Source of the DNA: a virus
Taxonomy: Duplodnaviria > Caudoviricetes
DNA: 64,000 nucleotides
Reading direction: 5' to 3' (one strand)
IMG/VR virus record: IMGVR_UViG_3300033463_006083
Coordinates: 32,001 to 96,000 of that record
Shown here: positions 21,724-34,493 of the stretch, piece by piece
Numbering within the stretch: position 1 is the first letter of the stretch
How the letters are laid out: each line of letters begins with the position of its first letter
Program-made: the position numbers and the translations under genes
The notes under the pieces: model-generated
Databases searched by the model: none
The model's input: the letters and a program-made list of their open reading frames with translations, nothing else
What the model was told of the DNA's origin: nothing

Positions 21724-24700
21724 TTAATTTTCATCTCCTTCTTCAATAGTAATGTCTGTAAATTGTAATGTTGTATCTTTTATAAAATTAACTAAATCAT
21801 TATAATTATTATAAGTTATTGTTGACGAACCTCCATTAGTATCAACATATGTTAAATTATAAATTGGAGGTGGATTATAAGTAACAACTAAATCAACATT
21901 TCCCACAGGCATTACTCCATTACACCAATAATTATTTCCTTGAATAGTTCAGTCAGTAATTGTTGGACTTTGAACATTATACTCTTGTTGATAATCATAA
22001 ATACCAGAATATGCAGTTGCAATTTCTGTTCCATTTTTATCACAATATTTAATATTTAATCTTCATTGTTCATTTTCAGTAGTTCAACCACTAGCTCTTA
22101 ATTGATCTATTAAAGAAACTCCTACTGTATTAGACATAATTTGTTTGCTAGATCCATAAAAAGGACTATATTGATTAGCATTCCTTAAATTTTTATAAGA
22201 TACAGATACATTAGTAGCTGTTAAACACATATTACAAATATTTTTTAAAGAAGCTAGTGTTAAACTATTACAACCTCCAAACATTGCACTAAGATCTGTT
22301 GCATTAATAATATTCCAATTATTAACTAATGCAGATTGTAATTTTTGACAACCGTAGAAAGCATAACCTAAATTTATCATATTTTTAGTATCTCAACTTC
22401 CTACTGAGAAAGTTGTAACATTATTACAACTGTAAAAAGCTCCATATATATTTTGCATTTTTCAAGTATTTCATGTACTTGTATTCATAGTTGTTAAATT
22501 TTGACAATTGTAAAAAAGATAATTTAAATATACTACATTATTAGTTTTTCAATCATTAGGAACAATTTGAGTACTCTTTAATCTATAACATTGTAAAAAA
22601 GTTCCACTTAAATCTATAACATTTGAAGTATTTAAACCCTTGGTATTAATAGTAATTAAATTATAACAATGAGCAAAAGTTCAACATAAATTCGTTACAT
22701 TACAAGTATTTCATGTATTAACACTATTAAATATTGTAATATTAGTACAATAAGTAAATGTATCATACATACTTGTAACATTTGAAAGATTCCATCATTG
22801 AGTATCAATTCTTGTCGCAGCGCGGCAATTATAGAAAGCTTGATCTAAATTTTTCATATTTAAAGTATTTCATGTAGATCCATTAATTTCATTAAGTACT
22901 AAACAATTTTTAAATGTACAAAACATAGTATTTATATTACTCATATTTCATAATAAAGTATTAATATTAACCAATTGTTTACAATTGAAAAAAGCTTGCG
23001 AAATATCAGTAACTTTATAAAGATTTCAATTATTAGTGGTTAAATTTACAAATGCTTGACAATTATAAAAAATACGATTTAAATCTGTAGCATTTATAAG
23101 ATTTCATTGTGAAACATCAATAGATGGCATTTGATAACATTGTAAAAAAGCAGCTTGTAAATTTTGTACATTTTCTAAAGTTCATCTTCCAGTACTTAAG
23201 GCGGAAGTAAGACTTCATAAATGAGCAAAAGTTCAAGTTAAATTTGTTACTTTAGACATATCTCAAGTTCAAGTGTTTAATTTAGTCAATTTAGAACAAT
23301 GATAAAATGTTTGTTCCATATTTTCCAATTCATCAAAATCTCATCCTGTTGTATTTAATGCAGATAAATTATTACAATTATAAAAACATTCTCCAATATG
23401 TTTAACTTTAGGAAATTTTCAATGAGAAGTATTTAATGTTAATAAATTTTGACAATTATAAAAACCGGCATAAAAATTAGTACAAAATTCAGGATCCCAA
23501 CTTGACGTATTTAAACTTGTAATTTGATAAGCTTGGCAAAAAAGTCCTGCTAAATCAGAAACTCCTTTAATGTTTCATTGTGATGTATCAATTGATGTTG
23601 CTCCTCATAAATGAGCAAAAGCTCATTCTAAACAGTAGGCATTGCTAAAGTTTCAATTATACACATTTAAACTTGATAAACTGTTACATTTATAAAAAAT
23701 ACCATAAAAATTTTGTCCATGATAAACATTTCAATTAGCAACATTTAAACTTGATAATAATTGACAACCTCAAAATACATCAGCAAAATTTGTAACATTT
23801 GAAGTGTCTCAAGTTGATAAATTTAATGTTGTAAGATTATAACAATTATTAAACATAGAAGCCATATTTGTCAAATAAGAACTTGATTTTCATTTTGCAA
23901 TATTTAAAGAAGTTAAATTTCGACATTCATCAAAAGCAAAATCTATATTTTTTACATTTGCTATATTTCATTGAGATAAATTTAAAGTTTTTAAATTATA
24001 TGAGCCTCTAAAGGTAGAATTTAATTGTTCTACATTTGCAGTATTTCAATTAAATAGATTTAATCCTGTTAAATTATAACAATAAGCAAATGTATTTGTC
24101 ATATTTTTAACCTTAGAAACATCTCAATTAATAAGATTTAAACTTGGACATGATATAATTCCATAAAATGTACCCCTTAAACTTTTTACATTACTTGTAT
24201 CTCAATTAGATACATCTAAATTAGGCAATGCATAACAACCATCAAATAAATATGCAAAACTTTCAACATTAGAAACATTTCAATTAGATACATTTAATTC
24301 AGCTAATTTAAAACAATTAAAGAAACAAGAATATAAATTTGTTACATTTGATGTATTTCAATTAGAAGTATCTCCTATAGTTGTAAGATTAGTACAATTA
24401 TCAAAACTACTTATTAAAGAAGTAACATTATTAATTTTTCAATTTGAAAGATTTAAACTTGTTAATTTACGACAATTTTCAAAAGCATTTGCCATAGAAA
24501 GCACGTTTATAGTATTTCAATCAGAAATATCTAAATATTGTAAATTTTGACAATTAGCAAATAGCATTTTTAAACTTGCAACATTATTTGTTTTTCAATT
24601 ACCTATATTATTAACATATTGTAAATTATGACATTCATTAAAAAGCATTTGTAAGTTTTGAGAATTATCAAAATTTCAATTATCTATATTAAAAACAGTT

Positions 24701-25824
24701 GGCATATGACAACCATCAAACACTGAACCAAAATTAGTAACATTGTTAGTATGCCAATTATCCACTTTAAAATCTATTAAATTATAACAACCATCAAAAA
24801 TACTACTTAAATTAGATACTTTATCAATATTTCAGTTAGATACATCTAAATGCACTAAATTACGACAATTTCAAAACATATGAGAAAGACTTTCTACATT
24901 TGTAGTATCTCAATTAATAAGATTTATATTTCTTAAATTATAGCATGCGCTAAAAGTCTTGTTCATATTTGTAACATTACTTGTATTTCAAGTAGAAACA
25001 TCTACATCGGTTAATTTACTACATTGTTCAAAAGTTCCTGTTAAATCTTTAACATTATTTATATCTCAACTAGCAAGATTAAATTCTATTATATTAGAAC
25101 AAGCTCCAAATGTTTCTGCCATATCTGTAACATTAGAAACATTCCAATTTGATACATCTAAATTCTTTATATTTCAACATTCTGCAAATAAACCATGTAA
25201 ACTTTTTACATTATTAACAATTCAATTTGAAACATCTAATGTTTTTACTTTTCGACATCCATAAAAAGTATTTGCTAAATTTTGTAAATTATTTAATTGT
25301 CAATTTGAAAGATTTAATTCTCTTAAATTATAACATCCTTTAAAGGTATTTGATAAATTATTAATTTTACTAACATTTCAATTAGATACATTTAAATGCT
25401 GTAAATTTTGACAATTATAAAAAGCATCTTCTAGATTTGTTAAATTACTAGTATTTCAATTTGAAACATCTAAAAATCTTAATAAAGAATCATTTCAAAA
25501 AAGATTACTAATACTTGTAATATTACTCATATTCATTTGAGAAAATCCGCCAAGAGTTTTTAGAGATGTAAAATTTGCAAAAGAATAGTTTATATTAACA
25601 ATATTATTTAAAGAATTTTGACTATCCCCCAATAACATAAGCTCGGTATTTATAGGAGCCCCTTCTTGTTGATTAATATCATCTGTAAAAATATCTAAAC
25701 GATTATTTAAAGATTTAGATCAATCTAAATCTAATATTAGATTTTTACAATTTGGAATAGTAGAATTCATACTATTAAGTGATGATAAAAATAAATTTTT
25801 ATAATTAAAAGGTGTTGCACTCAT
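21724..25824 (-). CDS. BspA/DUF285-type LRR protein B with MucBP-like C-terminal domain, 1366 aa (code 4)
   Basis: AAGGAGG RBS and ATG at 25824. About 40 26-aa repeats, a shared C-cap, then IKYVDKNGTEIA...YNVQSPTI (MucBP-like). In frame with track fragments 22084 and 21724. Confidence 0.85.
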
Positions 25825-25859
25825 TACAATTACCTCCTTTTTCATTTTTTATCTATAAA

Positions 25860-25929
25860 TATATGATTTTTCTATTAAAATAATAAATTACTTTAGACCA
25901 AAATAAAAAAGAGAGCTATTTACTCTCTT
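25860..25929 (-). promoter_or_regulatory. Terminator followed by phage-specific promoter motif
   Basis: agagag stem + T-run, then GGTCTAAA-N26-CATATA. Confidence 0.7.
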
Positions 25930-27061
25930 CTTCATCAATAGTATAAACATACCCTTCTTTACCAAGAACTCCAGATTTTTCATCAAGCTCTTTAACCCAA
26001 TCAGGAAGTCTATCTCTTATTTCATCAAATTCTTCTTTTCCTCTGTAATCTTCAGTTTTTATTTTTTCTAAAAATTGAAAGAAAGTAATTTGAGGAATAA
26101 TACCAATCATATCTTGAGAATGTCCTGCATATTGCATTGTATACATACTTTTTAAAATATTCTCATCAATTTGATCTTCAATTTGTTTATAACAAGAGTG
26201 ATAAAATCTTTTAGCATTAAATAAATTTTCTTCTGCAAACATAGGTTTTTGCTCTAAACATTGAACATATGTAAAATATTGACCTATCATCATTTCAACA
26301 GTAAACTTCATAATACTACCATTAAAAGGGTTTTTCTTTTTACAAAATTTAATTGCATTAATAGACGCGGCAGTTGCTCCTACTTGACATAAATCTCAAT
26401 TATAAAGTGGAGTACCATTATTCTCTTCAATACCAATTCGAGTGATAGAATGTTCAGAGCCTTTTCGCCATAAATAAACTATTTTTTCAACAAAATTAAT
26501 TTTTACTGGGAAACCTTCAATAGAAAGACGGACTTTCCAATTTAATTCCCCATCCTCCATAGCTCTTAATTTTGAAAATCTAATATCATTTGATTTTAAA
26601 AATTGTAAATTATATAATCTTCCAAATACTCAAGGATGTCCTTCATCCATTCTTGGCATCATACGAACTTTCATAGGATTTGGATCAACTTCTTGACAAA
26701 ATATCCCTCTTACTTCAATACAATCAGGTGTAATTCCATCTCTTAAGTTTTCAAGAGACATTGGATCATAAAATACATCATCTGCATCTATCCAAGTTAT
26801 TCATTCAGTTTTTGCGGCGTCCGCACATCTTTGACGTGCTAATCCAGGTCCTGTATTTACTTCGCAATCTAAAATTGTAATATCTAAATCAGGAAATCTT
26901 TCTTTAACAAAATCATAGCTATCACCTGGATTATCATTTGCAATTATTATCGCAACATCATTTTTAATAGATTGAATTTGAATAGAAGAAAGACAATCAC
27001 AAATATGAGGTTGTGCTTTAAAAGCTGGTATTCCTACCGTTATTAATTTTTTATTTGACAT
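25916..27061 (-). CDS. GT2 glycosyltransferase, 381 aa (code 4)
   Basis: ITVGIPAFK, IIIAND, GPGLARQ, [W]ITWIDADD, [W]VFGRLY and MEDGE. Two track fragments share the frame. Confidence 0.9.
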
Positions 27062-27084
27062 ATCTTTTTTCTCCTTCTAAAATT

Positions 27085-27113
27085 ATTATACAATATTTTT
27101 TAAAAAAAGTCAA
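27085..27113 (-). promoter_or_regulatory. SigA-type promoter for the GT2 gene
   Basis: TTGACT-17 nt-TATAAT. Confidence 0.75.
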
Positions 27114-27142
27114 AATAAAAAAGAGTAGTTTTTACTACTCTT
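27112..27142 (-). terminator. Intrinsic terminator after LRR protein C
   Basis: aagagtagt-aaaa-actactctt stem + TTTTATTTT. Confidence 0.8.
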
Positions 27143-30100
27143 AATTTGTTTTTCATCCTGCTGCAGTTAATTGTGTTATTAAATCTTGTCCTACTGTTGT
27201 AACATTAATTTGTTTATTTGTTGTATAAAGTGGACTTCTAATGTTCGTATTCATTAAATTTTTATAAGTAGTAGTCATATTTGTTAAATTTAAAGCAAAT
27301 TTTGCAATACTCACCAAACTATCAGTAGTTAAATTATTACATAAGCCGAAAGCGTTATTTCAAGTTATTAAAGATGGTAAAGATGCATTTGAAATATCTA
27401 AATTTACTAAATTAATACATCCTCTAAAAGTGTTATATCAATTTGCCATGTTTGGTAAATTTCAATTACATATATTAACATCTGTTAAATTTTCACAACC
27501 TGTAAAACAAAAAGGCATTGAAGTTGCATTTAAAAATGTTAAATCAGGAATATTAATATCTTTTAAATTGAAACAAAGACCATAGCTGTCATATAAAGAA
27601 GTAACAGTATCTAAATTTCAATTTAATAAAAAATTAAGATTTGTAATATTAGAATTAAAAAAAGTATATGCTAATCATCACACATTATTAGTTTTTCAAC
27701 TGTCTAAAAAATAAAAATTAAGATTTCAACAATTTCTAAAACTATTAGAAAGATCCATAACAGAAATAGTATTTAATGTTTCTGCTCCATATAAATTTTT
27801 TAAATTAAAACAATTAGAACAAAAATCAGTTAAGTTAGTATAGGTAGATGAAAAATTCATATTATCAATATTAACATTAACTAATGATTGTGCATTATTT
27901 AATAAAGGTAAAGCATTTATACTACTATAATTATTTCAAGATCAATTTGACATATCTAAATCCGTAAGATTAGTTAATCCATCAAAAAACCTATTTCCAT
28001 CTCAACTAAAACTATTTGAAACATTTCAATTTGCAATATTTAATCTTTGTAAGTTAGTGCAGTAACTGAATATATTTCCATTATTAGCGAAATCAGTAAT
28101 ATTACAAAAATTTAAATCTTGTAAATTTACCTCTACTAAATTCGTACAATTCCTAAACATAGCACTAATATTAATTGCTTTTTGAAAATTTCAATAATTT
28201 TTTAAATTATCAATTGAAATTAAACTATTACATCCAGAAAAAGTAAATACAAAAGAAAGAACATTACCAGTATCTCAATTAGCAAGAGGATCAAGATTTT
28301 TAAAATATATAGTATCTGTAAAAGTTTGTAATAAAGTATGTACATTAGAAGTATCTCAATTAAGAATATCATCAAAATTAAAATTTTTACAATTTTGAAA
28401 CATACCTCCTAAAGTAATTGGTATTCAATTTTTAATACCTTTTACAGTGTTTAAATTATTACAACCATGAAATAAAAAATTACACTTATTAGCAACCTGT
28501 TGAAAGTTTAATGTTTCAAGATTCAATTCAGTTATATTTTGACAACCATCAAACATTCACTCTATACTAACTGCATTACTTCAATTTCAATTAGATAAAT
28601 CCAAGACAGAAAGATTATTATCATAATAAAACATATATGAAAAATCTTGTACCTTATTAACTTTTCAGTTAGATACATCAATTGTTTTTAAACTGTTACA
28701 TCAATAAAGAAACCTATGTAAATTAATTGCATTATTAAAATTTCAAGTAGATAAATTTAAGGTAGTTAAATTTGTACAAGTACTAAACATCTGTGCGAAA
28801 TTTTCTCCCGAAGAAACATCTCAATCATTAACATTTAAACTATGAATATAATTATCTCCATAAAAAGTAGATGAAAAATTATTAACTTTTGACACGTCTC
28901 AATTATTAATATAAATATAATCTGCTCATATTCTTGAAAGACTTGAAGATAATTTTGTTAAATTACAAGTATTCCAATCATCAATATTTAAAGTAATTAA
29001 ACGTTGTAAATTATTAAAAACCCCTTGAGGAATATATGTTAAATTGCACACATTTCAATTTGGAATCTGTAAATTAGTTACATATTGACATTCTTTAAAA
29101 ACATTATTCATAGAAGTCATTGGACTGAAATCTCAATTAGGCATACTAATTTTACTAATAATAGCATTATACCATAAATTATCTATATTTTTTATATTAA
29201 CAGCAGTTCAATTTTCTATGTTAAATCTCAAAATATTATCCATATTTAAATTACTAAAAAAATTATAAAGACTAACACCATCTAATACTCAATTATTTGC
29301 ATACAATCTTTTCATATTATTATGTATTAATCTTCCTATAGAAGAATTTGTAATATGCCAATTTTCTGCGTAAATTATATTAGGATATGATCCACTCATA
29401 GAAGTATTTATAATGGTTCAATTATTCATGTCAAATCGTACATTATTACCAGATCCAACTAAACTTGTAACATATGCATTGTTAAATACTCAATTTGATA
29501 AATTAATATTTGAATTTGTTAATCAACAAAAAACACTAGCAGCATAATTAAGATTGTTTGTATTTCATTTTGAAAGATCTAAATTTCAATTATTTCATGG
29601 ACAAAAAGGGGTGTATAAATTTTTAAGATTACTAACATCTCAATTAGAAATATCTGGTGGCTGTAAATTATGACAATAATTAAAAGTATAATACATATTT
29701 GTTAAATTGCAAGTATTTCAATTTGAAACATCTAACATTGTTAAATTATTACATCTAGTAAAAGTACCTTGTAAATGTGAAATATTACTAGTATCTCAGT
29801 TGGATACATCTAAAGTTGTTAAATTATTACAATAAGAAAAAGTATATCATAAATTTTCTAAATTGCTAGTATTTCAATTTGAAACATTTAATGTTGTTAA
29901 ATTTACACAACCCGAAAAAGTGCTCTTCAAATTTTTAATATTACTAATATCTCAATTAGCAACATCTATTTCATTTAAAAAATAACAAGTGTTAAAAGTT
30001 TGATCAAGATGTTCTATTTTAGAAAAATTATTCAAAATAATTTTTTTAGTATTAGCTCCATATGGACCAATATAAGAATTTTCTTCTTTCGGAATTAAGA

Positions 30101-30215
30101 AAAAATCATTCATAGATAAATCTTGAGCTTTTTCTCAGTTTAAATCTAAAAATCAATTATTACAATTATCTAAATAATTTTCTATTAAAATATTTTTATA
30201 ATTATATTTTTTCAT
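27141..30215 (-). CDS. BspA/DUF285-type LRR protein C, 1024 aa (code 4)
   Basis: AAGGAGG RBS and ATG at 30215. The 26-aa Trp(TGA) repeats are degenerate in the middle. The C-cap ...TVGQDLITQLTAAG[W]KTN is nearly identical to that of protein A. The gene is entirely missed by the track. Confidence 0.82.
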
Positions 30216-30234
30216 TGTATTATTTTACACCTCC

Positions 30235-32472
30235 TTATTCTGTAAAACTAATTTTAAATTGAAATTTATTTGTTGTAGAAGTTGAATTATTATAAATTCT
30301 ATATTTAATTTCAATAAAATGTTCTTCATCATCTAAATCTGTATAAACGACTTTTTGTACTGCGGTAGATGAAGCTGTTCCAGAAAAACTTTTTTTAACA
30401 TTTGTACTTTGTTCAGAACTATAATAATTTCGTACTAAAGTCTTATCAACATTAGATAAAATTCCAAAATTATTAGTAGAAGAAGTGGTTTGATTAATAC
30501 AACTAACAACTAATTTTCCTGTATTTGTTTTAAATTTTACTTTACAAAGAGCATAACTATAAGATTTTCCAGTATTACCACTTGTATAATATCCAGTATT
30601 TGAATTTAACGTAAAATCATAAGGCGCATAATACAAACCAGTTTTATCAATAGGCTCAACAACATACTCTCCATCTATATAAGGAACAGATGTAATTTCA
30701 ACATTTTGAGAAACTGTATTTTGTTCATCATCTTCTAAAGTAATATTTATTACTTCATTTCCCTCTCCAATACCTGAAAATTCAATAGAAATACAAGCAT
30801 TGGTTTTATCTAAAGTAGAATTAACTGTATAAATAGAAGTTTCTTCAGGAGACACACTTATAGAAAAATTATTAGGATGATCATCAACTTCAAAACCTCC
30901 ATATAAAATATTTAATGTTTTAGTTCTTGTATTCATAATAGTATAATTATTAATAATTTCTCATGTTAAATTTTGACATACTCTAATATTTGTTAAATCA
31001 TTACGACTATTTAAAAACATCTTTTTCGTAAGAACATTAGAAACATATATATTACAATTATTCATAAGCCCTTCAAAAGCATACTTACATTTTAATCAAT
31101 TGGTAGAATATATCGTATCAAACTGACAATTATTTAAATAAAGATTTTGTAAATTATTACAAAAACTAAAAGCATATCATAAATCAGCAACATTTTGAAC
31201 ATTTCAATTAGATAAATTTAATTCAGTCAAATTATCACAATAACGAAAAGCTCCATATAAATCAATTAAATTATTTGTTTGTCAATTAGAAACATTTAAC
31301 TCAGTTAAATGATTACAACCAGCAAAAGTCCAACTTAAATTTGTTAAATTACAAGTATTTCAATTTGAAACGTCTAAATTTGATAAATTATTACATCAAT
31401 AAAACATATATGCAATATTATTTAATCTAGATGTATTTCAATTTGAAACATCTAAAGTTGATAAATTATAACAGGAAAGAAAAGTATCTACCGCAGATTG
31501 TAATTTACTAGTATTTCAATTTGAAACATCCAAATCTCTTAAATTCTCACAATAGTAAAAAGCATAATTTAAATCAATTAAATTATTTGTTTGTCAATTA
31601 GAAACATTTAAAGTTGTTAAATTATTACAATAATAAAAAGTTCCATCTATTAATCTTAAATTACAAGTATTTCAATTAGAAACATCTAAATTTGTTAAAC
31701 CACTACAAGAAGCAAAAGTATTATATAAAACTTTACAATTAGAAATATTCCAATTAGATACATTTAAATTTGTAAAGCTTTGACAACCTTCAAATGTTCG
31801 ATTTATACTTTTTAAATTACTAGTATCTCAATTTGAAACGTCTAAATCTGCTAATACTCAACATCATAAAAAAGTATTATTCATATACTTTATGTTACTA
31901 ATATTCCAATTAGAAACATCTAAATTTGTTAAATTAGAACAACTATGAAAAACACTATTAAACATTTGTGTGCTTTGTAAATTTCAATTTGATATATTTA
32001 AATCTGTTATATTATAGCAATACATAAAAACATTATCTCAATTTTTAATTTTACTTACATTTCAATTTGAAATATCTACATTTCTAAAATTATTACAACC
32101 ATAAAAAATTCCATTAAGATTATGTATATTTTGTAAATTTCAATTGCAAAGATTTATATTATTTACCATATAGCAATTAGCAAACATATAATCTAAATTT
32201 GTAACATTTTTCATATCTCAATCTTGAAATTCAATATTATCTAACTGATAACAATAATAAAAAGCACGAGATAAAGAAGTATTTTTAGGAAAACCACTCT
32301 GAACATTAATATTTAAATTTGTAAGACCTGACATACCATTAAACATGAACTCTAATCCAGTAGAATGTTTTCAATTTAAATTTAAAATAATATTAGGACA
32401 ATTTCAATCAAATAATGCATGCTGATATGTATACCTAGCATCCATTAATAAATTATTATATTCATATAGCAT
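30235..32472 (-). CDS. BspA/DUF285-type LRR protein D with C-terminal beta-rich domains, 745 aa (code 4)
   Basis: GGAGG RBS and ATG at 32472. About 15 repeats in frame with track fragment 30235..30936. Confidence 0.85.
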
Positions 32473-32479
32473 ATTTTTC

Positions 32480-33340
32480 CTAACCTCCTTCTTCCTCATC
32501 TTCTACAATTTCATCTTCTATTATTAAATCAGCTAAAGCGTTTGCATAAGGTTGTAATAAATTTTGAACTTCACTAACAGAATTACAATAGGTTACAGTA
32601 TATTCATCTTCTGCATTTGCACGATAACTAACTTTAAATCTGACCGTTGCCTCAGGAGGTTCTTGATTAAACACTAAAACTCCATCAAAATAACTATTAT
32701 AAGTATTGTTTGTATTCATAACTAAATTTTCAACTAATTGTTGATTAAAGATAATTTTTGGATAAATTTTTCCTACAATATATTCATTATAAACTATTGG
32801 ACCTTGTGACATAGTAATAGAAATATCTGTAGCTGTTAACATAGTTGGAGAATTAGTTTGATCAGTAAGTTTTTCAAAATCATCATATATTTCTGTTATA
32901 AAAGTTTGTCCATTATCTTCACTATATGTTAATTCAAAAATATCTTGACTTTCTAAAATTTTTAATTTTAATAAAGCCACTCCATTTAAATCTGTATCAC
33001 TTACTCTTGGTGTTAATACTGCAACAGTAGGTTCTGATGGAGTAATAAATATATCTGTGGCGGTTATTATATCATTAGAATTCATTTTAGTTACTAATAA
33101 ATCAAAATCATTATACATTTCTGTTGTAAAAGTCTGTCCACCATCATTACTATATTTTAAAACAAAAACATCTTCATTATTATTATTATTATTATTATTA
33201 GTTTCTGTTTTAGCTTCTAATCACTGAGTTCCATCATATATATAATATTTATCTAAAGTTATATTATAATAACAATCTTCTCTTACAGGATTTTCAGGTG
33301 CCATATATAAATTAGGCACTATAGGTACATCATCATACAT
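32480..33340 (-). CDS. Putative adaptor protein with three copies of a ~40-aa domain, 286 aa (code 4)
   Basis: AAGGAGG RBS. N-terminal PENP...YYNITLDKYYIYDGTQ[W] resembles a tail-fibre attachment motif. It is followed by a poly-Asn linker and a repeated FxLxYSxDxGQTFxTExYxDFxxL...TATDI. Confidence 0.75.
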
Positions 33341-33360
33341 ATTAATACCTCCTTTATTAA

Positions 33361-33438
33361 AATATGAAAAAATGCTCCTCTCTATTATTTATTTTAGCCC
33401 AAAATAAAAAAGAAAGCAAGTTGTTACACTTACTTTCT
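33361..33438 (-). promoter_or_regulatory. Terminator followed by phage-specific promoter motif
   Basis: agaaagtaag/cttgctttct stem + T-run, then GGGCTAAA-N26-CATATT. Confidence 0.7.
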
Positions 33439-33867
33439 AGGTATCTTCATAAAATAACAATAAACTTTTTCATCTATTGCATCTTCATCTTTTATAAAAT
33501 CTTTACTAAACTTAGCATACCATTCTACATTTTCTTCAAATAAATCATGATAATCATTATATGCTGAATTCATTACAATTCAAAAATCAACAGGTCTAAT
33601 TTCAGAATATCCATAAGAATTCCTAACACCTTCAGTGTCAGCTAATTCTCATTTTTTACCATATGGTTCCATACATTCAATAATTTCTCTTGCTTTATCC
33701 TCTGTTAAAACGCGGCCTTCCGCAATCTCATATAATTTTTCTTCAACTTTTTCTAATTCTCTATCTCCAACCATATCAATAATATATTCCATATAATCAG
33801 ACATTTCATCTATCTTTTTTGAATCACCAGAACTAATGATTTTATTTATATATTTTTTGTAGTCCAT
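33430..33867 (-). CDS. Conserved-looking hypothetical phage protein, 145 aa (code 4)
   Basis: The frame extends through TGA: GKK[W]EL...DF[W]IVMNSAYNDY...DFIKDEDA...KVYCYF. Confidence 0.75.
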
Positions 33868-34054
33868 CTTCAATTTTTTCCACCTTTCTTAATACTTCAT
33901 TTAACAATCTATTTTGATATTCTAATTTATGTTCCATATCAAAAATAATTGTATCTAGCTTTCTACTTTGAGATTCATTTTCTTCATACGAATGAAGTGA
34001 TATATATGACAATAATACAGTTAATAAATCTAATGCATCAAGATTTTCTTTCAT
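33842..34054 (-). CDS. Hypothetical coiled-coil protein
   Basis: ORF track. Translationally coupled to both neighbours. Confidence 0.65.
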   Translation of the reverse strand: MKENLDALDLLTVLLSYISLHSYEENESQSRKLDTIIFDMEHKLEYQNRLLNEVLRKVEKIEDGLQKIYK

Positions 34055-34410
34055 TATACACTTCCTGCAGGTTCTGTCAATTGTCCTCTAGGTTTTACAC
34101 AAGAGGTAATTACAAATTGACCATTTTCATAATTATCATTTCCGCTACCATACATAATAGGATATCTTACTCTTGTATTTAATTGATTTGCATACATAGT
34201 ATTTCCAGCTTTACATAAAACAGGAATATCTCCTACATTAGTTCTTATAAAAACAGGTAAATTCGCGGCCGCAGCTACATTATTGCATATAACGAGTCCA
34301 TAAGTTTCTGTATTAACTAGATTTTTTACTGCTCTATTAGGAATTAAAATTACTTCCTCCTCAGTAGTTTCTACAGTTGAGCAAAAAATTGTTTGACAGT
34401 AATTATTCAT
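34054..34410 (-). CDS. Hypothetical protein
   Basis: ORF track with AAGGAG RBS. Confidence 0.75.
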   Translation of the reverse strand: MNNYCQTIFCSTVETTEEEVILIPNRAVKNLVNTETYGLVICNNVAAAANLPVFIRTNVGDIPVLCKAGNTMYANQLNTRVRYPIMYGSGNDNYENGQFVITSCVKPRGQLTEPAGSV

Positions 34411-34431
34411 TTTTCAATCTCCTTTCTCAAC

Positions 34432-34460
34432 AAAAAATAGCGGAAGCACCTGGCCTCCGC
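34432..34460 (-). terminator. Intrinsic terminator
   Basis: gcggaggc...gcttccgc stem + TATTTTTT. A second small hairpin, cttgc-tttt-gcaag, lies just upstream. Confidence 0.7.
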
Positions 34461-34493
34461 ATGTCGACTTGCAAAAGCAAGGATTAAGTTAAA

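Noticed and set aside
19900-32350. CRISPR array or non-coding tandem repeats (78-nt period)
   Set aside because: The period is a multiple of three, the repeats are degenerate at synonymous sites, and they translate to LRR units. No cas genes are present.
19725-32472. Mycoplasma chromosome or Mollicute phage (code 4 plus DUF285 repeats)
   Set aside because: The gene content is that of a tailed phage, two peptidoglycan hydrolases imply a walled host, and core genes prefer TGG, unlike typical low-GC Mollicutes.
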